DNA of 64,000 nt, taken from contig JAPEUD010000066.1 in NCBI GenBank assembly GCA_026026165.1, positions 1-64,000 on the forward strand, written 5' to 3'. Below the pieces are notes generated by a model. The model saw nothing but the letters and a program-made list of their open reading frames with translations, was not told where the DNA came from and ran no database searches. The translations under genes were made by a program, and so were the position numbers. Shown piece after piece: positions 1 through 13,002 of this stretch (the stretch's first letter is position 1; each line of letters opens with the position of its first letter). The stretch comes from Sarea resinae. Its lineage: Eukaryota.

Positions 1-320
1 CCCCCCCCCTTGACCACTCTAAAAAGACGCATTGTAATCTAAAAGCTGATCGAGACTAAAACACTGTACCACACCACACCTGTTCAAAACCTCTCCGGCT
101 TGCTTTCCATTTCCTTTTTTTCTTCTCTGGCTGCTTTATACTGGATGGAGAGAAAGAAGAGGAAAAATAGGAAAGGAGAAGAAAGAAAAGAAATATCAAA
201 CGAAAAACGCTTTTCCCCGATCCCTTTTGATGAACTTGACAGAGACGAACTTTTGGACTGCTTGACTGCTTACGAAAAGTGACATGCAACGACGTTGGAA
301 AAAAAAAGGAGCCAGCCGAC

Positions 321-3300
321 TCAGGGCGCCATGACGAGGGCCAACAGCGCCATGCGGCAGTAGAGACCATAGCGCATCTGATACGAAAGATTAGCATTGT
401 GCATGCAACTTTAAAAGGATTTCTCACCTGTCGGAAATAAGCCGCGCGCTGGTCAAAATCGACCTCCTCGCCAATCTCCGCGTTGCGAGGCAAGGGATGC
501 ATGACGATCATATGGCTCTTGGCGTGCTTGAGCACCGAGTTATCGACCACGAACGAGTCCTTGAGCCGCTCGTACTCGGCCAGATCCGCAAACCGCTCCT
601 TCTGCACGCGCGTGCAGTAGAGCACGTCCGAGCGCGCGATGATTTCCGGCGTGAGCTCGTGCGATTCCGCGACCAGCTGGCCCGAGCTGATGAGGAGCTG
701 GCGGACCTCGGTGGGGATGGCGAGCGCGGCCGGCGACACGAGCTGGATGCGCACGTCGTAGTGCTGGAGCAGCTTCGCGAGCGAGTGCACCGTGCGGCCG
801 TATCTGAGATCACCCGTGAAAGTGATGGTGAGGCCGGTGACGGTGCCGAGTTCTTCGCGGATGGTGAAGAGGTCGAGGAAGGCTTGGGTCGGGTGTTCGA
901 GGCTGCCGTTGCCGCCGTTGATGACGGGCACGGGGGAGAACTTGGCCGCGATAGCTGCACTGGACTCTTCAGGGTGGCGGAGCACGACGGCGTCGCCGTA
1001 GCAGCCGAGCGTTCGAATCGTGTCTTGCAAGGTTTCGCCTTTGACCGTACTCGAGTGCGACGTGGCAATGGCGACAGTACGCCCACCCAGACGCTGCATG
1101 GCGGCATCAAAGGAAGCCGATGTTCGGGTCGACGGCTCGAAGAACAGCGTGCAGAGAAGTCGGCCGCGGAGGATATCCAGAACGCCCTGCCTCTGCACGC
1201 CAAGTTGCATTTCTTGGGCCACGGTGAACAGCAAATGCAGATCAGCTCGAGTAAATTGATTTACAGAGAGCACATGTCTCTGCTTGAACGGAGATCGGGC
1301 GAGAAGCTCGCGGAGAGATGGCGAGATGGTCGATACGGGAGCGTACAGTGGAGGACCCAGCTCATCCGAGGCTGTAATCGACGATGGCCCTCCGAAATCC
1401 TGAGGAGCTTGCTTTTCACCATGCTTCGTCCTAGACAATGCCCGTGATGGCGACTGGGGTCCCAGCACCGACATTCGTCTCTGAGCCCGGTGCGGGCTGT
1501 GATGAGAGCTGTCTGGGCGCGGATGAACCGCTGGCGATGACAGAGGCTTCTGCTCCGGAGTACGAGGGGCAAGAATGTGCCCAGACATGTCTTTTCCTCG
1601 AGGCGCATCTTCCGTAATCTCACCATCTAGGCAAGCTGTCTTATCCTGGAACGTGACACGCTGGACGGAGCCTCTCATTACTCTCCCGACAAAAGGAGAC
1701 CACACGGCTCCCTCCTGAATGACATAAGGGCGATCAATTTCCACCTCGACCGATGTTCCAAATTGGTCGTGAAGTTCGAAGATTTTCTTCGGATTATCAT
1801 GCAACTTCGCGATTATATCATCAGTCGTCAGCCTCCCATCGGCAACGGCCGTGAACAGCAAAGGAAGCGAGTCCGCGATGCCGACAGCAGGAGTCGCGTT
1901 CTGCTTGGTCTCATGAGCGATCTGGTATGGCAGACTGCCAATCGAGAACACATCAATTATACTCATGCGTTCCCAGAGGGCCTTCTGATCTCTCTTCGTC
2001 GGCAGGAAAGAGCAACTTGGATAGTCGTCCTGACTGAGGAAGAGCGCATAGATCGATACGTCGCAGGTCACTCTCAATTCTCTCTCCTTGCTAAGCGCGA
2101 TGAGGTCGATGTCATCTTTACTGGTGACGCTTGTCACATGGATCTTGCGATTGTGGAGACTAGCCAAGAGTAAGATAGATGCAAGGTCGGTGGTTTTGGC
2201 ATCTGTAATGATAGTCTTGTTTGCGGGCCAGGCAGCAAATTGTGCTGTGACAGCAGCGACCTTGTTGATGTTTCCCCACAGTTGATTGAATGGGATGAAG
2301 AGTGATCCTACTTCATTGACCACTTGACCGATTTGCTCCGAGTTGTTTGATGTGGCTGCGACGGAGAAGTTATAGTCACAGTAAGCGCCTGCTCGGCTGT
2401 TCTTCTGAGCGGTGTGCAAAGCTCCCGCATCAGTCACAGAGCCGTCCAACCCGAGAGGCATCACCCGGACCATGCTAAAGCCTGCTCCAATGGAAGCTTT
2501 CGTCACCATTGAAAAGTCGTGACTGCTTGGCGAGGCTACGCCTGGAACAAAGGCCGCCACGTTGATGAGACCAGGTAGGAAAACTGTGTGATGACTTGTC
2601 TTGTAATCCAACTTCTGAATCTCCAGCTCATAGTGCCGAGCAATTGCTTCAATGAGGATCTTAGCATTCTTGACGTTGGTCACAAGCGGCGTTTGATAGT
2701 CGACCGCCATTCGGCGAGTTCTGTAACCTTTGCTCATGTAATTTGCTGGTCTCCTAAAGCGGTTGCTGGACGGGAGGTTGATGTAAAGATCGATCAAGTT
2801 GTTTGCCAGATGCTGAGTCAAAGAATATTCGGACTTCTGATCGTCTTCTTCTCCAGCTAAGACTTCGAGGAACTGTGTGGGAATGCCGTGCTCCTGGAAG
2901 TAATCCGCTGTACCGGCGGTCGCGAAGATCTTGTAGCCCATCTTGTGCAGCTTGGCCACGGACGGTAGCATTTCCATCTTGTCCTTGAAAGAGCCAATTG
3001 ATAGAAGAATATTCCTGTTGGGAAGTCGGAAGCCAGTGGAAAGGAGGGCCTTCAGGTAGGCTTCATATTTGTCTCGGCCAAAACAAGCAACCTCACCGGT
3101 CGAGGCCATCTCGACTCCCAGCACCGGGTCAGCACCAGACAACCGCGAGAAGGAAAATTGGGGCACTTTGACGCCAACGTAGTCCTTAGGAATGTCCACA
3201 GGGGGATATTCGACAAAAGGTGCGCCTACAATCGCCTTGGTCGCCATCTCGATAAGATCAACTCCCATCACTTTCGAAACAAAAGGGAACGATCTCGCCG

Positions 3301-6300
3301 CGCGGACATTGCACTCGATAACTTTGATCTCGTTGTCCTTAGCAATGAACTGAATGTTGAACGGACCCGTCACGTTGAGCGCGTTTCCAATCTTCCGGGT
3401 GGCCTCCTCAATTCTCCGCACGGTCTCCGGGTCTAGATCTTGTGGAGGCAAAATAAGAGTCGCATCTCCAGAGTGCACGCCGGCATTCTCAACATGCTCG
3501 GAAATGAAATGGCCAACCATAGTGCCGTCCCGCGCCACAGCATCCATCTCGATCTCCTTGGCGTTCTCTATATACTTGGTGATTACCACAGGGTGCTCTC
3601 GCGAAACATCAGCGGCTTGCTTCAAATAATTTGCGAGATCGTCTTGTGAGTAGACCGTATTCATCGCCGCTCCAGATAGAACATAAGATGGCCTGACAAG
3701 GACAGGATAGGAGACTTTGTCGCAAAACTCGGTGGCTTCCTCGATGCTAGTCAGCTCCTTCCACGCAGGTTGGTCCACAAATATCCTATCAAGCATGCGA
3801 GAGAACTTGTATCGATTTTCGGCTGTGTCTATCATCTCGGGTGACGTCCCCAAAATCTTGACATTGAGACGATGAAGGGGCAGCGCGATGTTATTTGGTG
3901 TCTGGCCTCCCATGGATATGATGACACCACTCGACGACTCGATTTGATAGATGTCGAGGATCGTCTCCAAGTTGATGTTCTCGAAGTAGAGCTTGTCAGC
4001 TTCATCATAATCTGTACTCACGGTCTCGGGATTGTAGTTGACCATGACAGTCTTATACCCTTGTTCCCGTAGTGTCCTGATGGCTCGAACAGAACACCAA
4101 TCGAACTCTACAGAAGAGCCTATACGGTAGACACCTGAGCCGAGTACCATGATTCCATGGTCATCGAAAGTGACATCGTGCTCTGAGCCGTTATATGTCA
4201 AGTAAAGGTAGTTTGTGAATGCGGGGAACTCAGCCGCAACGGTATCGATTTGTTTGACAACCGGCACAATACCTGCCTCCACCCGGAGTCGGCGAATCGC
4301 TAGCTCGTTGGAGCTCAAGAACTTTGCTAGCTGCTTGTCGCAGAAACCAAGTTGTTTTGCTTGCTTAACCACTTTGATGGGTACGGTAGTTGCGTTATAC
4401 CCGCTTAAAAATCTTCCAAAATTGCTCAAGCCCTTGAGCTTACTCAAGAACCATTTGTCAATCTTCGTCATCTCCCAGATCTTATTGACGGTATAACCGG
4501 CATGCATAGCGTTCGCAATGGCAAAAAGACGTTGATCAGAAGGAGTCTGAAGTTCATTGTCGATGGACATCAGAGCACTGGTTTCGTTGAAACCAAGGTT
4601 GTGAAAGTCAATCGCCCGGATGGCCTTCTGAATGGCTTCCTCGAATGTCCTGCCAATACTCATAACCTCGCCCACGCTCTTCATGGAAGAACTGAGTTGA
4701 GTAGAGACTCGAGTAAACTTCTTCAAGTCCCACCTGGGAATCTTGACGACCACGTAGTCAAGAGACGGCTCGAAGCAAGCACAAGTGACCTTGGTGACTG
4801 AGTTTTTGATCTCGTTCAGTGGAATGTTGAGACCCAATTTTGCTGCCACGAAAGCAAGAGGGTATCCGGTAGCTTTGGAGGCTAGAGCTGAAGACCGAGA
4901 AAGTCGAGCATTGACTTCGATGATACAGTATTCTTTCGAGAAGGGGTTCAATGCATACTGGATATTGCACTCGCCGACGACACCGAGATGTCGGATGACG
5001 TTGACGGCGGTGGTTCGAAGCATGTTATAATCCTCGTCTGAGAGTGTCTGTGAAGGAGCAACGACAATGGAGTCCCCAGTATGAATACCAAGAGGATCAA
5101 AATTCTCCATATTACAGACAGTAATGCAGTTGTCGCGCGAATCACGAACCACTTCGTACTCAATTTCCTTCCAGCCCTTCATACTCCTCTCGATCAAGAC
5201 CTGGGGACTGGCAGCGAAAGCTCTGTTGCAAAGATCCAACAGCTGCTCCTCGTCTTCGGCAAAGCCGCTTCCAAGTCCTCCCAAGGCATATGCCGCACGA
5301 ACGATGACTGGGAATCCGATATCCTTGACCACCCGTAAGGCCTCATCAACAGAGCTTGCAGAAGCAGACTTGGCGCATTTCTCGCCAATGGTTTCCATGC
5401 TTCGGGCGAAGAGCTCGCGATCTTCCGTAGTAATTATTGTGTCAATGGGCGTACCAAGGACTTTGACACCCAGAGCTTCGAACTCGTCTTTAAGCTGAAT
5501 ACCGACTTGGAGAGCAGTCTGGCCACCGAAAGTGACATATATGGCGTCTGGATGCTCGTATGTGATGACTTTGCGAACGAACTCCGCTGTGACCGGTAGG
5601 AAGTAGACCTTGTCGGCGAGTCCCTTTGAAGTCTGAACCGTGGCAATGTTGGGATTGATAAGAATCGTATAGATTCCCTCCTCCTTCAAAGCCTTTATAG
5701 CTTGACTGCCAGAATAATCAAATTCGCCCGCTTGCCCAATGCTGAGCCCTCCACTACCTAGGACCAGCACCTTCTTCACGTTGACTCTGGGATGCATCTT
5801 TTCATTCTCGTCGACATCGCCGCCCGGAAACTTCACAGGCTGCAGTAGAGCTTCCGGAGAGGCTATGCTTTGCATCACCGTATCGATGAAGACGTCAAAC
5901 AGAAATTCAGTGTCCCTTGGCCCGGGCGTGCTTTCCGGATGGAATTGAACGCTAAAGTATGGACGGCTGGTATGTCTGATACCCTCGTTGCTCCCATCAT
6001 TGGCGTTTACGAAGAGCTCTTCCCACTGTTCTGGTAGGTTGAGAGCATCGACTGCGTATCCATGATTCTGTGAGGTAATGTAACATTTGCCGGATAGAAG
6101 GTTTGTGCAAGGAATGTTGTGCCCTCTGTTTCCGAACTTCATTTTCAACGTGCTCGCTCCTGCGGCCCGAGCCAATAGCTGGTGTCCAAGACAGATACCA
6201 AATATAGGAGTCCGAGCTTCCTTCAAAGCCGCGGCTATATGCTGGACTGTGATCGCCAGCATCGCAGGGTCTCCTGGGCCATTCGAGATGAAGAGACCGT

Positions 6301-7344
6301 CATAGTCTTTGCCAGCCAGACGCGGAAAGTCGTAGTCCCAGGGTACTCTGAGGACCTCAACGCCCCGCGACACTAAACATCGAAGCTGATTGTATTTTAA
6401 TCCCACATCGACACAGACAACTCGAACCGGCCGGCCAGAAGGATGCTTCAGCGCTCGTGTAGGGTCAGGACTATAGAGCTGCGGTTCTCTTGTGGACACT
6501 AGCCATGAAGGTCAGAGCCAAGCTTCTCTTGCGGATAAGTTCGCAAAGGAGGCTTACCGTCTGCTACCAAGTTCCTCAGGTTAGGATTGAGCCAGGAAAT
6601 CTCCTCAAAGTCCGACCTCCAGTTCTCAGAGCCAACGCGATCTGCCGCACCATTGACCATACCGTCAGAGACATCTTTCTGCAGGAGCATACGTCCCAGC
6701 ATGCTTCCTTCTTCGCGAATTCGTTTTGTCAAGGCCCTGGTGTCCACTCCATGTATGGCCGGCACCCCTTGCTCCTTGAGCCATTTCCCCAGAGACGATT
6801 CCGCGAGGTAGTGTGAGAAATCCTCCCCCGAATAGGATGCGGTGATCAAGCCGGCAATGTGGATCTCCGATGCCTCGAAGTATGCCGGCAGCTCACTCAG
6901 AAGGCTATCTCGAGTCTCTCTGGAGGGAACGCCGTAGTTACCGACGAGTGGAAAAGTGATGACGAGTATTTGACCGCGATAAGATGGATCCGTGATGGCT
7001 TCCGGATAGCCAACCATGCCAGTCTGGAAGACCAATTCTCCAGCCACGCTCTTCTCGGCTCCGAAGCTGTAACCCTGATAGACGGAGCCATCCTCGAGCT
7101 CAAGGCTGATCAAACGCTCGCTGCCGTCACCGAATGTGTCGGCCGACACCGGGGCGTAAGGAATGCCGTGTCGCGCAGCACCGCTGGCTACGACGGGGCT
7201 ATGTGGTTCACCATCGGCCAGGCCAACTGCGGCTGCGGCAGTTGGGGTCGGAGGAAGCAAGGCGTCGATGCTGAGGGAGGCTCTTGCTAATGGGGAGGTC
7301 GGGGTCGTGGTGCGGGAGACACCGGAGGGACCTGGAGAGGACAT
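321..7344 (-). CDS. URA2: Multifunctional pyrimidine biosynthesis protein (GATase-CPSase-inactive DHOase-ATCase), 3 exons: 7344-6558, 6498-428, 377-321
   Basis: CPSase small-chain motifs ([26 protein letters not shown]), CPSase large-chain motifs ([24 protein letters not shown]) and ATCase motifs ([19 protein letters not shown]). Introns 6557-6499 and 427-378 have GT/branch/AG and restore the C-terminus [18 protein letters not shown]. Confidence 0.97.
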
Positions 7345-8407
7345 GTTGAGGGTGGTGAGGATTGGAGGTTGAAGGTTGAAGATTGAAGATGCTCGACTCC
7401 AGATTTCTGAGCCAGCAAGTCCAATGAGCAGTGGGGCGGTTCAGCACTTTGCTATTTTGCTCCGGCTCCGGCCATGCAGATCAGCACTCGTGGAAGTCGT
7501 ATGGAGACGTGGGGCAAGGATGTAGGGCCCCAATGGTCAGCGTGGGAGCTGAGAAGGATCACAATCATGAATTTTCCGCCCGCCTCCAGGAGAAGATGAT
7601 TCGAAAAAAGCGATGGGGAGTGCAAACAGCGCAAACACCCAAGGTACGACGATACCAAGCCATGTCGCAATCGGCCCAGACGCACGGCGTACTCCGTACG
7701 TACCTGCAGAGTGCATCAGAGGGAATGAAGTACTCCGGAGTAGGCCGTCTCCTTGCGCGGCCGTGGAGGTACCTTCAGGCCCGTCGTGCCTTGGGGTGCA
7801 AAGTGCACCTGACTGAATGCTTATGTCATCCGACCTCGAATTGATGTTGTTCGTGTCCAATCGTTTGACGCGTGTACTACATAGTGTCCGGTGTCCTGTG
7901 CCGTCTGTTTACATGCAGCGACATGCAGCCGCAGGTCAACCGTGCACACACCAGGGAGCCCAAGCCCGAACCCTCACTGCAGTAGAGTAGAGTAGGTACT
8001 GAGGTGCGCAGGACCGCATCTGGATGGATGGATACGGTGACCTCGTACATCGTACATGGGCCATCTCAAGGCGGTGAGCTTTGCACTCGAGATCATCTCA
8101 TCTGATTGGGGAAGGAACGAGCAACCCGCAGCCCACACACCCTTTCCCTCGACGATCGAGTAGACTCCGGACTCTACTCCGTAGACAGAGAGACGGAGAG
8201 ACAGAGAGACAGAGAGACCGAGCATTGTCCTATACCGACCACTACCTAAGGGAGCTGGGGCAGTAGCTGGGTGCTCTATCACACCAACGACCCATATCGA
8301 TCTTCCACTTCCCTCCCTTCCTTCACTACCTACCTGCCTACCTGATCGCCTCACTTCACCGTCCTAACCCTCGCCCACCTCCCCTCATCACCTCACCCTG
8401 TCTTCCT

Positions 8408-8437
8408 CCCCCTCCCCCTCCCCCTCCCCCTCCCCCT
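8408..8437 (+). repeat. (CCCCCT)5 tract in the URA2/YVC1 divergent intergenic region
   Basis: Directly visible hexamer repeat within a pyrimidine-rich promoter/5' leader. Confidence 0.85.
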
Positions 8438-8685
8438 CACTCTCACCGCTCTCTCACGCACTGTCGATCTGGTCCCATCCCTTCACCCTCGACGTCTTAC
8501 TGGTGCGATAAGCCTTCACTCGTGTCTCGCCTTACCTTATCCTTTGATCCCACTTCTGCCCGTCATCAGCCTGTCGTCGCTTCCAGCATCTTGCCTCTGA
8601 ACGCGTCAGATTCAGCCAAGGACGATGGCATTCGGTCCATGAGGCTGCACCTGGGAAGTTTGTGAGACGTTCTCACTCTGTCAAC

Positions 8686-11600
8686 ATGCTCGCGTCTTTG
8701 TTCAAGTCCAAATTCAAAGGCCCGCGCGATGAGTATTCTCCTGTCTCGTCACCATTAGAACGTCGTCGCAGCCATAACACCAACCATAGACATCGCTGCG
8801 CAGGCAACAGTGAGGACTCAGACGAAGGCGAAGCGCTCGATGAGGATGAAGGTTATTCCGAGGATGACGATGATGACGACGGAGAGGATGGCCGCGAGGA
8901 AGGGTCACCGTTGCTTCCAATCTTTTCGGCGGCGCATCTAGGTACCTTTCCATCCACGCTCTCATTTCTCCGCGCGAGGCAAATGTGAGGCAGCTAGCTA
9001 ACCCTTGTCAGATGCTCTGCCTATCTACAATCTCACTCATGCGATCCGTTTGCTCATCATACCGCGTTGCGAGACGATGTTGACGTGGGATCAACTGCGA
9101 TCACCTCAGGTGTCACAGTTCCTTGTCAAGCCGATCCAACAGCAAATTCGGACCTCGCACTTCTCAAGAGGCATCATCTACGCGCTGATGGCAAATTGCT
9201 TGCAATTCATCAAGGAAGGGCAAAGATACCCCGGCAGTAGCGGCACTAATAAGACCAGAGCGATGCTGAGTGAGTTATTGGCCATAAAGTTGTTGAAAGA
9301 ATTTACTACGCGTGAATTGGTATGCTGCGACTCTCTCTCTCTCTCTCTAGCATCTGGGGTTCTGCTGACATTTGTTCTAGATAGGTACCTCACACGAATG
9401 ACCAGGACCGAGATGTTGGCTGCAACCACTGACTTTTCTCTAGACGCCTTGTCTTATGACTTTCATCCGTTGCAGGGTTTGACCCCAGGAACAGGCTCGA
9501 CTACTCCTGCTCCAGCCTTGACAAAAGCGCAATACGGCGCAGTGCGCATCTCAACTCTAGAGATTGCCATAAGAGCTCAGGCAAAAAAGTTCCTTGCCCA
9601 TCCCCTCGTGGTCCAACAGCTGGAAGCGATCTGGGCTGGGACGATCGTATTCCACTCTGCAGCCGATTATCTCCATCGTCTCCCGCCGAAGATTAGACCG
9701 AACGAGAACAGAGGCTACGGAGCAACAGCAGCGGAGGGCAGACGCTTCCAGGATTCAGCTGGTACGATACAGCCAAACAAACACCACCAACCGTTAGCTG
9801 CGCCAGTCAGGCGATCAGTGACGCTTTATGACCCACAAGATGCATCGTTATTCAAGCTCTCACGACTTCGCGTTCCGTGCTACCGCCAAACCCTATCAAC
9901 CTGTTCATTGGCCGTCCTTCTGGGGCTCCTCGTTGCGGTCCTGATGGAGAGATCGTTGGATATCACCGGTCTTGAAGTTATCTTCTGGTTTTGGAGTGCC
10001 GGCTTTATGCTTGATGAGATCGTCGGATTCAACGAGCAGGGTTTCAGCCTCTACATAATGTCGTTTTGGAACATTTTTGATATCGGGATTTTACTACTCT
10101 TTGTAGTATACTACTGCATGAGGTTATACGGCATCTTGATGCCCGACGTTCGGAAACACCACATTGCTGACATGGCTTACGATATCTTGGCAGCGAATGC
10201 GGTACTTTTGTTCCCGCGTTTGTTCTCGGTCTTGGACCACTACCGGTACTTTTCGCAGCTCTTGATAGCCTTCCGCATGATGGCAATCGACCTGGCTGCC
10301 GTCTTCGTCTTGATTGGGGTCAGCTGCAGTGGTTTCTTCGTCGCGTTTACCTTGTCCTTTGGAGACGCTTATGATGCAAAGGGAGTTGCTTATGCACTCT
10401 TCCAAATGATCATGGGCTTCACGCCTGCAGCTTGGGAGGCTTGGCCCAAATACAATGCTCTCGGAAAAGCTATATTGACATTGTTTCTCTTCATCACCCA
10501 CTTCTTGATCGTCACGATCTTGATCACCGTGCTGACGAATTCTTTCATGGCTATCGTTCAAAATGCAAATGAAGAGCATCAGTTCGTCTTTGCTGTTAAT
10601 CTGATATCCATGGTCAAATCAGATGCACTATTCTCTTACATTGCGCCTACAAACATCATCGCATGGTTTTTGACGCCCTTACGATACATCATCCCCTTTC
10701 GACAGTACGTCAAAATTAACCGCACGGCTATCAAGATGACTCACTTCCCGGTACTCTTTTGCATATATGCATATGAGCGGCTAATCCTAAGGAACGCTGT
10801 TTTTGAGCCAACGGATCTCATCGAAAACCGTGGTCGTGCTTTTGGAAGAGCCTTTGGCATCGAGCCCTTCGAACAACACGCAAATGTGTTCAGCCCTGCG
10901 CATCGACTCAGGGAACCCTCAGTGGCCACGTTTCAGAAAGATCGTGCGCTTGATGAAGTTTTCAGACGGCCTTACAAGAGCTCCGGATTGCGTGGCGTGT
11001 CGAATCTTACCGAACCGAGGACCACTTCTCATGCTGTCAATAACTGGATGCAAAGTATGGGTCCAGATGGACGAGCGAGTCCTCCAATAGAACAACCTCG
11101 ATCCGTAGTCGACAGGCTTGAGACGAGACGACCGAGACTGCTGCGTCATAGGGTGGTTTCAGGTAATACACGAGATTTTACTGACGCTACACGATCCATC
11201 GCGTCGGATCCCGAGGACTTCACCACTACCACGATGCCAGAAACCAAGACCGAAAGTACGACGGACGATTTTCCGAATATTAGCATCGAAGATTTCTTGC
11301 AGGAGGAGGACGGTGACGGTGACGACGAGATGCTGACTCACGACGAAGATGGTGATGCGACATCTGAGTTAACAGGTGGCGATGAAGGAGCAACCGGGTC
11401 AGACAAGGAGAATCTGGATGAAGACTTTCTTCTGACGCCAACGAAAGCAAAGCCTCAGCTCGTGCAGGTTTCGTCCATCTCTTCGAGTGTCCGGGCGAGA
11501 ATGCTTGCACCGTTACAAGAGTCCCCGGGTTTCATATCTAGCCCATCAACGCCAAGGAGAAGGACACATGAGCGGATGCCATCCTCGAGTACGATCCTTT

Positions 11601-12259
11601 ACAAGCCAGCCTCTAGCCCGAAGACCGCTCCCTCTTCACCGCGATATAGAACGGCCATGAACACAGCTGTTGGTAGTGGGGCACAGACGCCATCATCAGA
11701 AGCAAAGCGCAGCCCTCGTCGACCGCAACTCACGAGCTTCGCGCGTCCCATCATGCCGCCTCGATCACACTTTCAGTCCGCGCCCGACGTCAACAGGATG
11801 CTTGCGCAACCGCACCAACTGCACCGATGGCCATCTTCGGCGGCGACGGATATGGCCTCCGATATGGGAGAGCGCCTTGCTGGAGCTGGCATTGATCTTC
11901 TTGGTGGTGTTCCGTCGAGCTTCGCAACGCAAATGGCGTTAGCAACAGGTGCCGTCCGAGGCGATTCCACCGATCATACAAGCGAGGAGTCCAGGCGTAT
12001 GACCCGATTGGTTCTCACTCGTATGAATACCCTGGAGGAAAGCTTTCGCGACGTCGTGAATGAGATGAAGGAGTGGAGACGGGAGGGATCCAAAGGCTCT
12101 CGAACGGAAGAGAGCGATGGTAGGAGAGAGCGCGAGCCCAAGGGCAAGGCAAAGGCTCAAACGAAGAGCCGGAGGTCGTCCCGAATGCGGGAAGGCTTCT
12201 CGCACCGAGACTTTGAGACCAAGAAGGTTCCATTTCGTGATGACGGTTCAAGTTTCTAG
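8686..12259 (+). CDS. Yvc1-like TRP-family nonselective cation channel with long disordered C-terminus; exons 8686-8941, 9012-9319, 9381-9384, 9444-12259
   Basis: LTWDQLRSPQVSQFLVKPI, LEIAIRAQAKKFLAHPLV, LRVP, several TM helices (FWFWSAGFMLDE, SFWNIFDIGI) and pore-like GFTPAAW followed by LITVLTNSF. Canonical introns. Confidence 0.85.
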
Positions 12260-12639
12260 TGACGCCTTTGACGGGTCCTGGAGATGGTTCGTCAGATACT
12301 GGATGATGCCACCGCCAGTCCATTGTTCAGTCTGCTCTGGTCTGTACTTCTAATTCCTTCTTTCCTTTGCCAATGGGATACCACGGATTCAGCATAACAA
12401 CGGCATCAAACATAGCAAACGGCGTTTTCGTGCTCGCATCATTCGGGTGGTTTGGCTTTAGAGACACCTTCGTTTCCGTTCTCGAGCAACAGTGCTAGGT
12501 AGCTAGGATAGCTGGGGTAGAGATGATAATACAATAATGCCGATCGCAAGAGCATCCCCGTAATATGTGGTTCACTTCAACAAGCATCCTACGCAGTAGT
12601 ACGAATACTCATCTCACGTTCCGATTGCCTCGTCGCCTC

Positions 12640-12790
12640 GGCACGCGCGAACCAAAACATGACGTCACATTATGGCGGTCGAGATGCTACCCGAGACCTT
12701 ATCGATAAGGCTGTACCTCGATCGTAAAGCAGCAAGGTACCTAGGTAATCAGTAAAAGCGGCGCTGGCTACCCGCACGCGCGAAGTCGAG
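12640..12790. promoter_or_regulatory. Motif cluster upstream of the SNARE gene: CRE palindrome TGACGTCA (12660-12667), CCTTATCGATAAGG double-GATA palindrome (12697-12710) and two CACGCGCGAA copies
   Basis: Motifs read directly from the sequence. Function is inferred from known bZIP, GATA and MBF/SBF-type consensus sites. Confidence 0.4.
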
Positions 12791-13002
12791 CATCATTGGC
12801 TTGATCGGCTCGCCTGACGTTTGCCCAACAACTCCAGCCACGGCATCCAATTCATTTCCAAAGTTCCAGTTTCTCTCTCCATCCATTTGAGTCCTTCTTT
12901 CACATTTCCTACGTCTTATTTACACACTTCAGCGACCGCAGTGGCCGTCAGCGGATCACTCATTATACCTTGTCATCACTTGCCTCCTCTCTCGCGATCA
13001 GA

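Noticed and set aside
56..427. ORF-track C-terminal extension of URA2 (VRNPFK...CGTVF)
   Set aside because: Artefact of reading through intron 427-378; the spliced frame gives the conserved ATCase end at 321.
497..1447. Long antisense and alternate-frame ORFs over URA2 (likewise over Lon, ULA1, RKI1, DBP4)
   Set aside because: Shadow ORFs caused by GC-rich codon usage of the real genes; no motifs of their own.
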